Below are positions 26,284-38,503 of a stretch of 64,000 nt of DNA, one piece after another (the first letter of the stretch is position 1; each line of letters starts with the position of its first letter). Origin of the DNA: Octopus vulgaris (lineage: Eukaryota); the NCBI GenBank assembly GCA_951406725.2, contig OX597816.1, positions 160,084,001 through 160,148,000 of the forward strand. The letters are read 5' to 3'. The notes below the pieces were generated by a model. It was not told the origin of the DNA. It was given only the letters and a program-made list of their open reading frames with translations, and searched no databases. The position numbers and the translations under genes were made by a program.

Positions 26284-28029
26284 GAATACATTTTTTTCTT
26301 TTAAGGAGAATTTGATAGTGTTATAAATTATATATTATTTAACAATGATAATCATATATTATTTAATAATTACGTCATATGTAAACAAACATAAGTTTGT
26401 TTTTGAAGCGTTGAAATGTAATGATAGAATACCATGTATAGGATAAAATCCTTATGCTGTTCTATCAGTTTTTACGCGTTGAAAAATATAACTCTCTATT
26501 TGTTAGTTAATAATTATTTTAAAACTAGCTTTAATAATTATTTTGAAATTAGTTATTATTAATCTTTAATAAAAATATGAAATTGGCTACTCAGTTCGTT
26601 TAATTTACTGGGTAATCATGAATAACGTTATTGTTATTCAGGCAACCTCATTACGGGAATCCTTCAAACGGAGGATTATCACTATTTCCATCAATTCATG
26701 TAGCCATAAGCTTCCTTCGAACATTTATGATGGATAAAATTGATACTAGGATCCATTTAGTTGACTGCTTCCTTTCCCCAGAAGTCTGATCTTGTGTCTA
26801 AGTTAGAAATGGAAAAAAAATTGAAGTTGGTGCCCTGGCAGAAGTGTTACAGACTCGGGAAATGCAGTTCGCTATTTCTTGGTGATCTTTATATTCTCAG
26901 TTCAATTCCCGCCGAAAACAACTTTATGGGTTTGGTAAAATAAAGTAACCAGTAGGCGTAGGCGTAGGCGTAGGAGTAGCTGTGTGGTCCTCTATATAAC
27001 GCCTTAATGGCGAATTTTCATGAAATAAAGTAGCTTGCTTACTTACAGGCGAGCTGGCAGAACCGTTAGCACGCCGGGCGAAATGCCTAGCGATATTTCG
27101 TCTGCCTCTACGTTCTGAGTTCAAATTCTGCCGAGGCCGACTTTACCTTTCATCCTTTCGGGGTCGATTAAATAAGTACCAGTTACGCATTGGGGTCGAT
27201 ATAATTGACTTAATCCGTTTGTCTATCCTTGTTTCTCCTCTCTGTGTTTAGCCCCTTGTGGGTAGTAAAGAAATAGGTAAGTAGCTTGCTTACCAACCAC
27301 ATGGTTCCGGGTTCAGTCCCACTGCGTGGCACCTTGGGCAAGTGTCTTCTACTATAGCCTCGGGCTGACCAGAGCCTTGTGAGTGGATTTGGTAGACGGA
27401 AAGTGAAAGAAGCCCGTCGTATATATGTATATATGTATATGTATGTGTGTGTGTATATGTTTGTGTGTCTGTGTTTGTCCCCCCAACATCACTTGACAAC
27501 CGATGCTGGTGTGTTTACGTCCCCGTAACTTAGCGGTTCGGTAAAAGAATCCGATAGAATAAGTACTAGGCTTAGAAAGTATAAGTCCTGGGGTCAATTT
27601 GCTCGACTAAAGGCGGTGCTCCAGCTTGGCCACAGTCGAATGACTGAAAGAGTGAATTACTGTCGTCGAAGATATCAGCCAATCCATCCTCGAAATTTCA
27701 AGCCTTGTACCCAGAGGATGAGAGAAGCAAGAATCAATAGAATACTGGACAAAATATTTAGTTTTATTTTATGTTCTGAGTTGAAATTCCGTCGATGCCG
27801 ACTTTACATCTCGCCTTTTGGTAGTTGATATAACGAAATACGAAAATTTCCAGGAAATCTTTCACTTTGAATCTCAGACTTCTCCCTTTTCCGTGAGCAC
27901 GTGTTGGCTTGTCATCTGTAAACGCTCGCACACACACACACAAGAGCAAGCACACACACTGACACACAAGAACAAGCGCGCACACACACTCATAAGAACA
28001 AGCACACACGCACACACACACACACATAC

Positions 28030-28076
<47 letters not shown>

Positions 28077-28519
28077 TGTTTACAGTTGACAAGAAAATCA
28101 CGTGCTCTCAAATAATGTTTTCTGATTGGATAAAAAGTTTTCACTGAGATTAACGAAGATCGTGACAAGTCTGGGGTTCTAAACGAAGATGGCCAAATAA
28201 ATAAATAAACAGAACAGAATAAAAAAATACCTTATTAAAATCATAATCTTACAGAAATAACTGTTTGTGTTCAAGATGAATCTTGTTAAGGAGGTCAAGT
28301 TATACAACTTCGAAATCTAATCTAATTTGCATCCTCATACTCTCATTAATAAATTGAAAAATACCTCTGATTGGAAAAATCGAAGATGAAATGTAATCAT
28401 CAGAGCGTTTAGTAAAATAACCGCCGTCATTATTAACAGCACAGCTAATCTAGTGAGCGCTTCAGTTCTATGACCTTGTGATAAAGAAAGTGATTATCAT
28501 AGAATAACAGAACAGATCA

Positions 28520-28592
28520 GCCCGGCTAGCTCAGTCGGTAGAGCACGAGACTCTTAATCTCGGGGTCGTGGGTTCGAGCCCCACGTTGGGCG
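28520..28592 (+). tRNA. trnK-CUU: tRNA-Lys(CTT)
   Basis: Identical to copy 1; duplicate of the 18811 locus. Confidence 0.98.
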
Positions 28593-29345
28593 AATTAATT
28601 TTTCTTTGTTATTTTTAGTATATTCTGTTTTCCGATGGGTGTTCAGAGAGTAAGTCTATAGCATCCCCTTTATATCAAATTTCTCCGCCAATCTTCAGCA
28701 CAAATCAAGGAGTGAGATTAATATTTTCGACTAACCCTCACGCGGTGCTTCTGCCCATGCTAGAAATATTGTTAATTATTATAAATACGAACAGGGATTC
28801 TATTATCATAAATAAAATTGGCGGTGAAATGACAGAATCGTTAGCATGCCGGCCAAAATGCATAGCGGCATTTCGTCCGTCTTTACGTTCTGAGTTCAAG
28901 TTCTGCCGAGGTCCACTTTGCCTATTATTCTTCCAGGTCCGATAAAATACGTACCAGTTGAGCACTGAAGTCGCTCCCCATCCCCTACAAATTTTATATC
29001 TTGTATATATACAAAGGATATAATCAAATATATGCACCCACTGTCAATTTTGTTAATCTACAATAAGTTGGTAATTATTATTGTTCTATTTCGGGATGGT
29101 CAGCTTTATTTATTTATTTATTTATTTTGTGTGTGTGCCACATTAACACACGCGCTATATATTTGTTCTTCACTCGTTTATTACAGTTCTTTTTTTTTTT
29201 TTAATTTTAACTTATGACCATTGTCCGGAAATCTTTTGTCACATATCTGTGACCTCTTCAGCGACACTTTTCGTTCTCGTGTATGTTCTTGCTCCACTTA
29301 CTCCATTCTTTTCTTCTAGTAATTTTTTATATCTAGTGGGCAACA

Positions 29346-29418
29346 GCCTGGCTAGCTCAGTCGGTAGAGCACGAGACTCTTAATCTCGGGGTCGTGGGTT
29401 CGAGCCCCACGTTGGGCG
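29346..29418 (+). tRNA. trnK-CUU: tRNA-Lys(CTT) variant (C4U)
   Basis: Starts GCCTGGC, giving a U4:G69 wobble; otherwise identical to copy 1. Confidence 0.93.
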
Positions 29419-29569
29419 ATCGAGTTTTTTTATAAACATAAATAGCGCTGGGCAAGCTTTCGTTTAGTTAAAAGATTACGTTTCTATTACGCTAGGTGTC
29501 TGTATTGGTTTCATTTCAAGGATAATCGTTTGTGGCGGTGTTGCTCACAATTGCAGTTTCGCTTGGGAC

Positions 29570-29842
29570 TGTAGAGTCAGTGACGTCACGCGAACGGCTG
29601 AAGGGCCTTGTCGGAAAGGGAGGTCATGTGAGTGAAAAGATGACTAGCATGGGTCCCTTTTGCTTTGGGGCTGTCGTACGGGATGGACCTGTGTATCCGC
29701 GTAAGCTGAGGGAATTTGCTGCTAGATTCTGGCCAAAGAGTAGGCGGCTAGCGCTCATACGGCTATATCCCGGCTGGAAAGGATCAACGTTACGAGAAAA
29801 CCGGCAAGGTAGGTAAATCGCGCTTTTTACCTCTACATTGCA
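29570..29842. mobile_element. Solo LTR of a related type (273 bp)
   Basis: TGTAGAG...CTCTACATTGCA; imperfect TSD GGGAC/GGAAC; shares AAGGTAGGT.AA and TGACGTCA with the other solo LTR; homologous unoccupied site near 30820. Confidence 0.6.
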
Positions 29843-30045
29843 GGAACTTTCAAGCTGAGGACAATCGCGAGCGTCTTTGCGACAGTGAATTCCCCTCCAG
29901 CGTTAATACCAGTAAAATACTGTTGACAATTTAAGTGACTCCTCCCACCCAAAACGTTCAGTCTTTGTTCTCGTTCTCGTGTATGCTTTTGCTCTACTTA
30001 CTCCATTCTGTTCTAGTAATTATTATTTAGGGCTGGCGTGCAGCA

Positions 30046-30118
30046 GCCCGGCTAGCTCAGTCGGTAGAGCACGAGACTCTTAATCTCGGGGTCGTGGGTT
30101 CGAGCCCCACGTTGGGCG
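30046..30118 (+). tRNA. trnK-CUU: tRNA-Lys(CTT)
   Basis: Identical to copy 1; flanks match the 23323 locus. Confidence 0.98.
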
Positions 30119-30550
30119 ATCATTGTTTTTTTTTTTGTTTTTTTAATAGCTCGGAAAAGAGCAATTGAACAATTTTTACTCGAATGAATCGACCCCCAGG
30201 ACTTACCTTTTTAAGCCTGGTACTTCTTCTATCGGGTCTTTTGCCGAACTGCTAAGTTATGGGGAAGTAAACACACTAAAATCGGTTGTTAAGCGGAAGC
30301 GGAGGATAAACACACACTCATACACACATATATATGTATATATGCCAAGGGCTTCTTTCAGTTTCCATCTACCAAATCCACTCACAAGACTTTGGTCGGC
30401 CCGGGGCTAAGTTGTCATGCAGTGGAACTGAATTCAGAACCGTGTAATTGTGAAGCAAGCTCCTTGCCACACTATGTTTGCTATGTTTGTACACACACAC
30501 ACACACACACACGCACGCACGCACGCACGCACGCACGCACACATATACTC

Positions 30551-30612
30551 ACTGTCAATTTTGTTAGCATGTAATAAGGTTAGTAATTATTATTCAGTGC
30601 TGGTTTCCAATA
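30551..30612 (+). promoter_or_regulatory. Conserved tRNA 5' flank (representative): GTRATAA-n5-AGTAATTATTATT, TATA-like at about -30
   Basis: Same or similar motif at similar distance upstream of most copies (7064, 13971, 16861, 18811, 30046, 30613, 33565). Confidence 0.55.
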
Positions 30613-30685
30613 GCCCGGCTAGCTCAGTCGGTAGAGCACGAGACTCTTAATCTCGGGGTCGTGGGTTCGAGCCCCACGTTGGGCG
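30613..30685 (+). tRNA. trnK-CUU: tRNA-Lys(CTT)
   Basis: Identical to copy 1; short T4 run downstream. Confidence 0.97.
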
Positions 30686-31020
30686 GAATATATTTTGGGA
30701 AGAAATTAGTAATGTTTTTAGTATACTAGGTTTATCTGTTGGTTTAATTGAAGGATAACTATCTATAACAGGGTTGTTTTCTGTCAACTCTATATTGAGA
30801 AGAAATAACAGTTTCGTTTAGAACTTCTCATGTGGAAGACTGACAATTGATATCCACCCAGCATTCACACCTTTAAAATAGTTGTTTCAAAATTTGTCAC
30901 AAGGCCAGTAATTTCGGTGCGAGTGTCTGTCAGTTACATCGATTCCCGGTCCACAACTGGTACTTTATCGACTGCGAAATGATAAAAGACAGAGCCGACT
31001 CGGCAGAATTTGAACAACAG

Positions 31021-32771
31021 GAATTGTTGGATGATGTAAAACTATATGGCAAAGATGATGAAGAGCTTGAAGAAGTACTACATACTGTGAAAGGATTCAG
31101 TGATGATATCGGGATTGAGTTTGGCCTTGAAAAGTGTGCCAAAGCCACTTCTAAGAAAGGGAAATTGGTAAAGTGAAGTTCAATCGAATTAGATGTCGAA
31201 ACAGTAATAAAGGAAGTTGAGCAGGAACAAACCTATAAATACCTAGGAATAAATGAAGGCTCTGGTATCCAGCATGCAAGCATGAAATAGAAGGTTAGGA
31301 AGGAATATTATAGAAGAATTCGAGCAGTCCTGATGTCTGAGCTGAATGCACATAATAAGGTGTTAGCCATCAATTCCTTAGCAGCCCCAGTTGTTCTTTA
31401 TAGCTTCAATGTGCTTTACTGGAATACCAGTGAAATAATGAAAATTGAGAGAAAAATCCGCAAGCTACTGACTTGTAATAAGATGCATCATCCAAAGGCA
31501 GACGCGGATCGTCTTTACCTTCCCAGAGCTCAGGGAGGTCGAGGCTTGATCCAGCTTGAACTTACGTACAAAACCACCACAATCGCACTGGCCAAATACA
31601 TTGAAACAACCAACGATTGGATGCTAAAACTTGTTGAAAAACATGAAAAACCGAAAAAACTGCACTCTATTCTGAATGAGAGCAAAAAATTCGTTATTAA
31701 TCTCTTAGATACCTACCAAATTGATCAGGTTGAAGGAAATGCGTCAACTGCTGCTGCAAAGAAAATAAAATTAATTGCAAAGACAAAAGAACATGAAAAA
31801 TTAGCTAGCAGATGGGAACAGAAACCTCTGCTTGGCAAGTATGTGGCCCGTAGCAAACAAGCTGATGTCGACCAGAAACACATGCAGGGCTAAAAGCAGA
31901 GAGTGACGGTTTCATATTAGCTGCTCAAGACCAGAGCTTATTAACCCGGAACTACCAAGCCAATGTGATAAAAAAATGGAGCTGACCCAAAATGCCGATT
32001 CTGTAACGATGAGATTGAAACTATAGACCACCTAAGACTGTAGAGTCTTAGCACCTGTAGAATATAAAGCAAGACATGACAGAGTCGGCCAGTATTTACA
32101 CTGGACAATATGTCGGCATTATAAAATAAAAACTGCTGACAAATGGTATAAACACCATCCTGAAGCTGTGACTGAGGGAGAAAATGTGTCGATTCTATGG
32201 GAAAAACCCCGTACATACCGACAAAACTATAAAAGCTAATAAACCGGATATTATTATAAAAAATCAAACAAAAAAGGTGTGTTTATTAATTGACATGAGT
32301 ATCCCTTGCGATCACAATACAGCGGCGAAAGAAGTTGACAAGATCAGTAAATATAAAGACTTGCTAATAGAGATTGAAAAAAATGTGCCATCTCAAGGCA
32401 ACTACAGTACCTGTGATTGTAGGATCTCTAGGAATTATATATATAAAAAAAGGCACTGAAACCTATTTGAAAATGATACCAGGCCGACTCTACAGGAAGT
32501 GCAAAAATCGTGTAAAGTGGAACGACTCATGTACTGAGAAGAGCATTATCGCTGTGAAAACAACATCCATCCATGAATTTATTTATTCATTAATTTTTTT
32601 TAAATACATGTTTTAGGAGTGGCTGTGCGGTAAGTAGCTTGCTAACCAACTACGTGGTTCCGGGTTCAGTCCCACTGCGTGGCATCTTGGGTATGTGTCT
32701 TCTGCTATAGCCCCGGGCCGACCAATGCCTTGTGAGTGGATTTGGTAGAGGGAAACTGATAGAAGCCTGTC

Positions 32772-32815
<44 letters not shown>

Positions 32816-33150
32816 TTGTGTGTCTGTGTTTGTCCCCCTAGCATTGCCTGACAACCGATGCTGGTGTGTTTGCGTCCCCGTCACTTAACGGTTCGGCAAA
32901 AGAGACCGATAGAATAAGTACTGGGCTTACAAAGAATAAGTCCTGGGGTCGATTTGCTCGACTAAAGGCGGTGCTCCAGCATGGCCGCAGTCAAATGACT
33001 GAAACAAGTATAAAAGAAAGAAAAGAAAAATTTTACCTGTGAATTTGCGTGTGTAATCTGGGAATGCATACAATGAGCTTCTCTGCTCTAGGTGTACGGA
33101 AAACACCCGGCGAGAAATGGAAGATTTGAAGAAAGAAGGGAAAAAAAACA
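31021..33150 (+). mobile_element. 5'-truncated, decayed R4/Dong-clade non-LTR retrotransposon (RT C-term, CCHC, RLE); 3' UTR interrupted by a SINE
   Basis: DDVKLY, FGLEKCAK, RLYLPRAQGGRGLI, KPDIII..LIDMSIP..KISKYKDL; stops and frameshifts; 3' UTR matches the 49989 copy and ends at a CAA/CAG/AAT repeat. Confidence 0.9.
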
Positions 33151-33564
33151 ACAACAGCAGCAGCAGCAGCAACAACAACAACAACATCCACAACAACAAC
33201 AACAACAACAACAATAATAATAATGATAATAATTCTGTCTACTATAGGCACGAGGCCTAAAATTTTGATGGCAGGCGTTAGTTGATTATATCGACTTCAG
33301 TGTTCAACTGGTAAAAAAAAAAAAAAAACTATTAGGAAATAGTAGAAACTATAAAACGTGGCACATTAATGATAAACAACAATATTTTGTCTTTTCTATA
33401 TTTTAAGCTGAAATTTGTCGAGTACACGTTGATTGCTTTCTCAATCCAACAACAGACTTGCAATTACGTAGTGTGTTTACAAAATCAGCTTTTACAACCA
33501 GCTGTCAATTTATTGGTTTGTGATAAGCTTAGTTATTATTATTTATAACACGTCTTAGCAAGTA

Positions 33565-33637
33565 GCCCGGCTAGCTCAGTCGGTAGAGCACGAGACTCTT
33601 AATCTCGGGGTCGTGGGTTCGAGCCCCACGTTGGGCG
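33565..33637 (+). tRNA. trnK-CUU: tRNA-Lys(CTT), last copy of the cluster
   Basis: Identical to copy 1; T4 downstream. Confidence 0.97.
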
Positions 33638-36126
33638 AATAACTTTTGTCAAAATTAACCTTCTTTTCATATATTATCTTCATATATTTCCTAATTGTTT
33701 AATATCACCTTTGTTATTCAGATAATATCAGATAATTCAGATAATATCACCTTTGTTATACAGATAACAAATTACCAACGTTTCAAGCAGGTAACTGTCA
33801 GAATTTCCATAATGTTATTCAAATCTTGATTATATTTGGGCGAGTTCATTACCCCCAATAAAACACGCGATGATTCTATTTCATATCTTTCATTATATTC
33901 ATTATATCTTCAAATATATACAGCTAGTTAACTATTTAACCAATTATTATTATTTTGTTTTGTTAACTAATCGATTATTTGATTAACCGCTTAGTCGATC
34001 AGTCAATCAATCAACCAGCTAAGTTCGTCACTATTCGCACTTCATCAATGACATGCCCTCTCAACACCAGCTCTGTCTGTCGTCCAGTTTACAAATCCTA
34101 TACTTATATTTACGGGGTTGTGAAAGTGTAATAGAACCAGTGCGTATGTATATTATTGGCGTAATGACCTTCCCAAGCCTCAAAAGAAATCTGTTTCAAC
34201 ACACGAGTCCACGGACAAAATTTAGCAGCCAAATACAAAAAAAAAACCCCAAATAACCAACAGTCAATTTCCATCTAACTCTTGGTGTCGATAAAATAAT
34301 TGATTTCAAATTTTAGTCCAAGGTCAGCAATTTCGGGGAAGTGGATAAATCGATTACATCGACTCCAGTGCTCGACAGGTACTTATTTCATCGACCCCAA
34401 AAGGATGAAAGGTATAGTCGACATCGGCGGAATTTGAACTCAGAACGTAAATTCAGACGAAATGCCAGTAGACATTTTGCCCGGTGTGCTAACGATTCTG
34501 CCAGTTTGCCGCCTTAGTCAATTGTTGGAGACGATTTAATTGTTCTGTCATCCAAATCGTCCAGGTCTTATGCTTATGTTACTAACAAAACGGGCATTGA
34601 ATAAGCAATATCGTTGGAACGTTGGGAAAATCCCTTACGTTATTTGTTTGTGATGAATTGTTCCTTCTTAGTCTCACCTACTTACAGCTCATCATCATCC
34701 AGTCAGGTGATTTTTCACAACCAATGCAACTCTTCCACGTCAGATATCTTGATCGAGCAATGTAGCATGAACGTTTGACTTGGGTTTGACATGAACGTTT
34801 GACTTGGGTTTTTTTGTCACATTGGTCTTTAGCAAGCTGAAATATCTCGTCTGCGCTCGCCTTGACTACAGACATTAGCAGAAGTTCGCGATCGTTGATA
34901 GTTTGTTGTCTGTTCACCACTCAGCATCTAGTGATATTCGCCGTTGGTTGAATAAGATTCATTTCCCGAAATAGTTTACACCCACCATGTTGCATCCCTT
35001 GATTTTAACGTACCCTGATTCGAGTAGCTACATGCTATTTACATTTAGGCGAATACATCTATCTCAGTTTTTATTTTAGCCACTATACATTCAGTAGGAC
35101 CACCCCCTATTTATATCTTCACCCTTAATTATATCTTCAAATATATCTTTGAACATAATTTTGACAAATTAAATTTAAATGTTGAAGTGAATCTAACGGT
35201 TTTTGTGTGTTTCTTAAATGGCTTATAAACACCTTCCACGCGGCAATTATTATATTGTGGTCCCAGAAACAACACGTTGGCAGTAGCATGGACAAAATAT
35301 GAACCATTGACCTCTAGCCTCGTTATCTAACACACTACCGATTTCGGTCATTATCTCACTGATTACATAGAGATCAAAAATCGTTTTTAATTTTGATTTT
35401 AATTTTGTGTGACAAACTAAACAATATGTACTGGTGCTTCATGCTGAGTATCTCTCCTGTTCTAGGTATACTATACGTTACTGATACAAAAGAAAAAAGT
35501 TACTTATACAAAAGAATTAAGGAATTCGCAAAGGATTTCCAGGTTCGATCTTAGTGTACAGCACCGCGAGCAAGTGTCTACTTTCGGAACCTCGGCTCAA
35601 CCCGACCCGACCCTCGTGAGTAAAAATTGGGTAGATGGAATTTATGCAGGTCTCTTTCCAGCTGTGACTGTCTTATGTCATTTTCTGGAATAGTGTATCA
35701 AGAACTACATCATTCAATGTATTCATCATATCTTTTGTGTTGGGTATGAGTTAAGGAATATTTGGATCTATTTCTAGTGATTCGAGCAGCCACTTAGAAC
35801 CTCCTTCATTAATACGTGGTATGAGTAGTTGTAGATATTGTTGAGTGTAGCGTTTTCTTTCAAGCCCTGAGAGTTAACCATATAGAGCACGCATACGCAT
35901 GCACATGCACACACACACATACACACACATATATACACTATTACTACATTAAAAAAAAAAAAATTACACAGACATGGCTGTGTGGTAAAAAGCTTGTTTC
36001 CCAACCACATGGTTCCGGGTTCAGTCCCACTGCTTGGAACCTTGGGCAAGTGTCTTCTACTATAGCTTCGGGCTAACCAAAGCCTTGTGAGAAGATGTGG
36101 TAGGCAGAAACTGAAAGAAGCCTGTC

Positions 36127-36187
<61 letters not shown>

Positions 36188-36193
36188 TGTATG

Positions 36194-36254
<61 letters not shown>

Positions 36255-37352
36255 ATATTTGTGTGTCTGCGTTTATCCCCCACCACCACCATCGCTTGAC
36301 AACCGATGCTTGTATGTTTACGTGCCCATAACCTAGCAGTTCGGCAAATGAGACTGATAGAATAAGTACTAAGCTTACTAAGAATAAGTCCTGGGGTCAA
36401 TTTATTCGACTAAAGGCGGTACCCCAGCATGGCCGCAGTCAAATGACTGAAACAAGTTAAAGAATTAAAGAATTAAAGAATAAACGATTTGGAGATCTCT
36501 CGTACTCAGGGAGTGGTATAAATATCTATATCTAACTTCCATATTGGAGGTACGGGATCTGGTGATTAGAGTGTGGGGGTGACGGTCATAGGTGGTGGTT
36601 CGATTCCTGGACAGAGTGTTGTGTTGTGTCTTTGAGTAAGCACTTTAATTTTCATTGTCCCAGTCGACTGGTACAGTGATGGTTCCGGTGTCCCGGTGTC
36701 CGAAGTGAAAGACTCTTCTAATGTTTCTATCTTAGCTAACAGAGACTGTAAGGGCGGTGAGCTGGCAGAATCGCAAACACGTTGGACAAAATGTTTAGCG
36801 ATATTTATTTCGGCTTTGTGTTCTGTGATCAAATTCCTCCGAGGCCGACTTTGCTTTTCATCCTTTCGAAGCTGATAAAATAAGTACCAGTTGAACACTC
36901 AGGTTGATGTAACTGACTAGCTCCGCCCGCTATAATTTCAGGCCTTGTGCCTAAAGTAGAAAGAAATTAGCAAGCATGATAGGTCACCAAAAATTTAGTG
37001 CTCCTTCACACTTGCATCGAGATGCGACTGTTGTTACCTCGCACAACCTCGCACTTTGCATCGAGATTCACTCATATCGTTGGGTATGTTCAGTGTGGTA
37101 GATAGGAATAAACAACGAAGACTACTGCATTACAAACTTGTTTCAGCTGTCTTTAATATCTACGTCTGAAATATTATCCAACCAGTAAATTCTGCTGACT
37201 ATTAGTGCTTGGAAATATGAATGATATACTCTACAATACGACAAGAAAATTGTTCAGATCATTGGAAACAGAAAACAGAAATGTATTCATACATTCAGAG
37301 TACGTGTAGAAGCAAAAAGGAAAGAAAGAATAGAAAGAAAGAAAGGAAAGGA

Positions 37353-37387
<35 letters not shown>

Positions 37388-38402
37388 GAAGAAAGAAATG
37401 CGTGGAATTCACAACTAGGCGTACATTCTCTCAAGAGCAGTAACACGAATCAATATGTTACTGACAATAACAACGCGATGGCGTCAATCGGACAAGAAAC
37501 CGGAAGTGTCACCATAATTGTTTATTAAGCGAACACACAGTTTTTGAAAGTCACAACAAATATAAATACAGGAAAAAAGGCGACTAAAGTCATTTGTTCA
37601 TATGTAAATAAAATATTCATTGAACTAAAACCTTTTATCACACATGACAGCCCACTCAACGTGAGTATAATATACAATATAGAAGCCCAAGATTTATTCC
37701 TAGAAGAAAAGACAAACATCGCCATGATGATGGGATAACATAGACTGAGATTATACATCTTGTATCTTGTCATAACATTCAACCGGCATCCAGAAAATTA
37801 TTGCAAGTATGTAAAACAAAGCAAAACATTATCAGTGACACACACATACACACACAGGCGCACACAGTCGCGTATTCACACATACTTATGCCTATATCTA
37901 CAGTTCTCTACAGACCACACACCTCAAGTATGTCATCTTCAGTTTCTTTCAAAAAACTATCATGTGATTTTGACGCATAACACATCGTCGTGCAATAAAC
38001 AAAACACTGATAACACGCCAACTGACACGACGAAGTCTCGTCTAATCTATCAGTATGCTAAAATGCTTCCATCGTCACCATTCACAAATCGTAAACCAAG
38101 CAAGTTATATAACTTGTCTCCTGACACGGGATTTTGTTCTGCAAACTTACCTCCTAAAACCACTTGGGGAAACAATCCCTTAACTCCCTTCAATCTACCC
38201 GCCCATCCTTCAGCTCAATATATTCACACGTTTACAATACACATACGAACTATAAAACTATTTAGAAACAAATAAAAAGCGAAATTGAGCTGCAAATACG
38301 TACAAAACTGAAGTAAATATAAAAGCTACTTACTCTTTTACTCTTTTACCCACATTAGCTTACGAGCTGTGTCCATGCTGAGGCATGGACATTGAAGGTG
38401 AT

Positions 38403-38503
38403 GTCTACAGTACCTTAGTTTCTCAAGTGGTCACCCATTTAAGTACTAACTAGGTACAACGATGCTTAACTTTGGTCGTCGAACAAGAACCGATGCAGCC
38501 AAC
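38403..38503 (-). pseudogene. Degenerate, 5'-truncated 5S rRNA copy
   Basis: Minus strand CGGTTCTTGTTCGACGACCAAAGTTAAGCATCGTTGTACCTAGTTAGTACTTAAATGGGTGACCACTTGAGAAACTAAGGTACTGTAGAC matches metazoan 5S box A, IE and box C and the 3' end, with many substitutions. Confidence 0.85.

Larger units (their letters stand above)
23631..29019 (+). repeat. Segmental duplication, copy B
   Basis: See copy A; differs by copy-specific SINE insertions and microsatellite lengths. Confidence 0.92.

Noticed and set aside
7064-33637. CRISPR-like reading of identical repeats with unique spacers
   Set aside because: The repeats are 73-nt tRNA genes with kb-scale irregular spacers on both strands; no cas genes; eukaryotic context
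35774-36400. 208-aa ORF and many similar low-complexity ORFs (YIYI, CVCV, LSIY, MYVC, poly-Y or poly-L)
   Set aside because: Translations of microsatellites and SINE bodies, not genes
37760-38275. 171-aa ORF
   Set aside because: Non-ATG start, AC-biased composition, no motif
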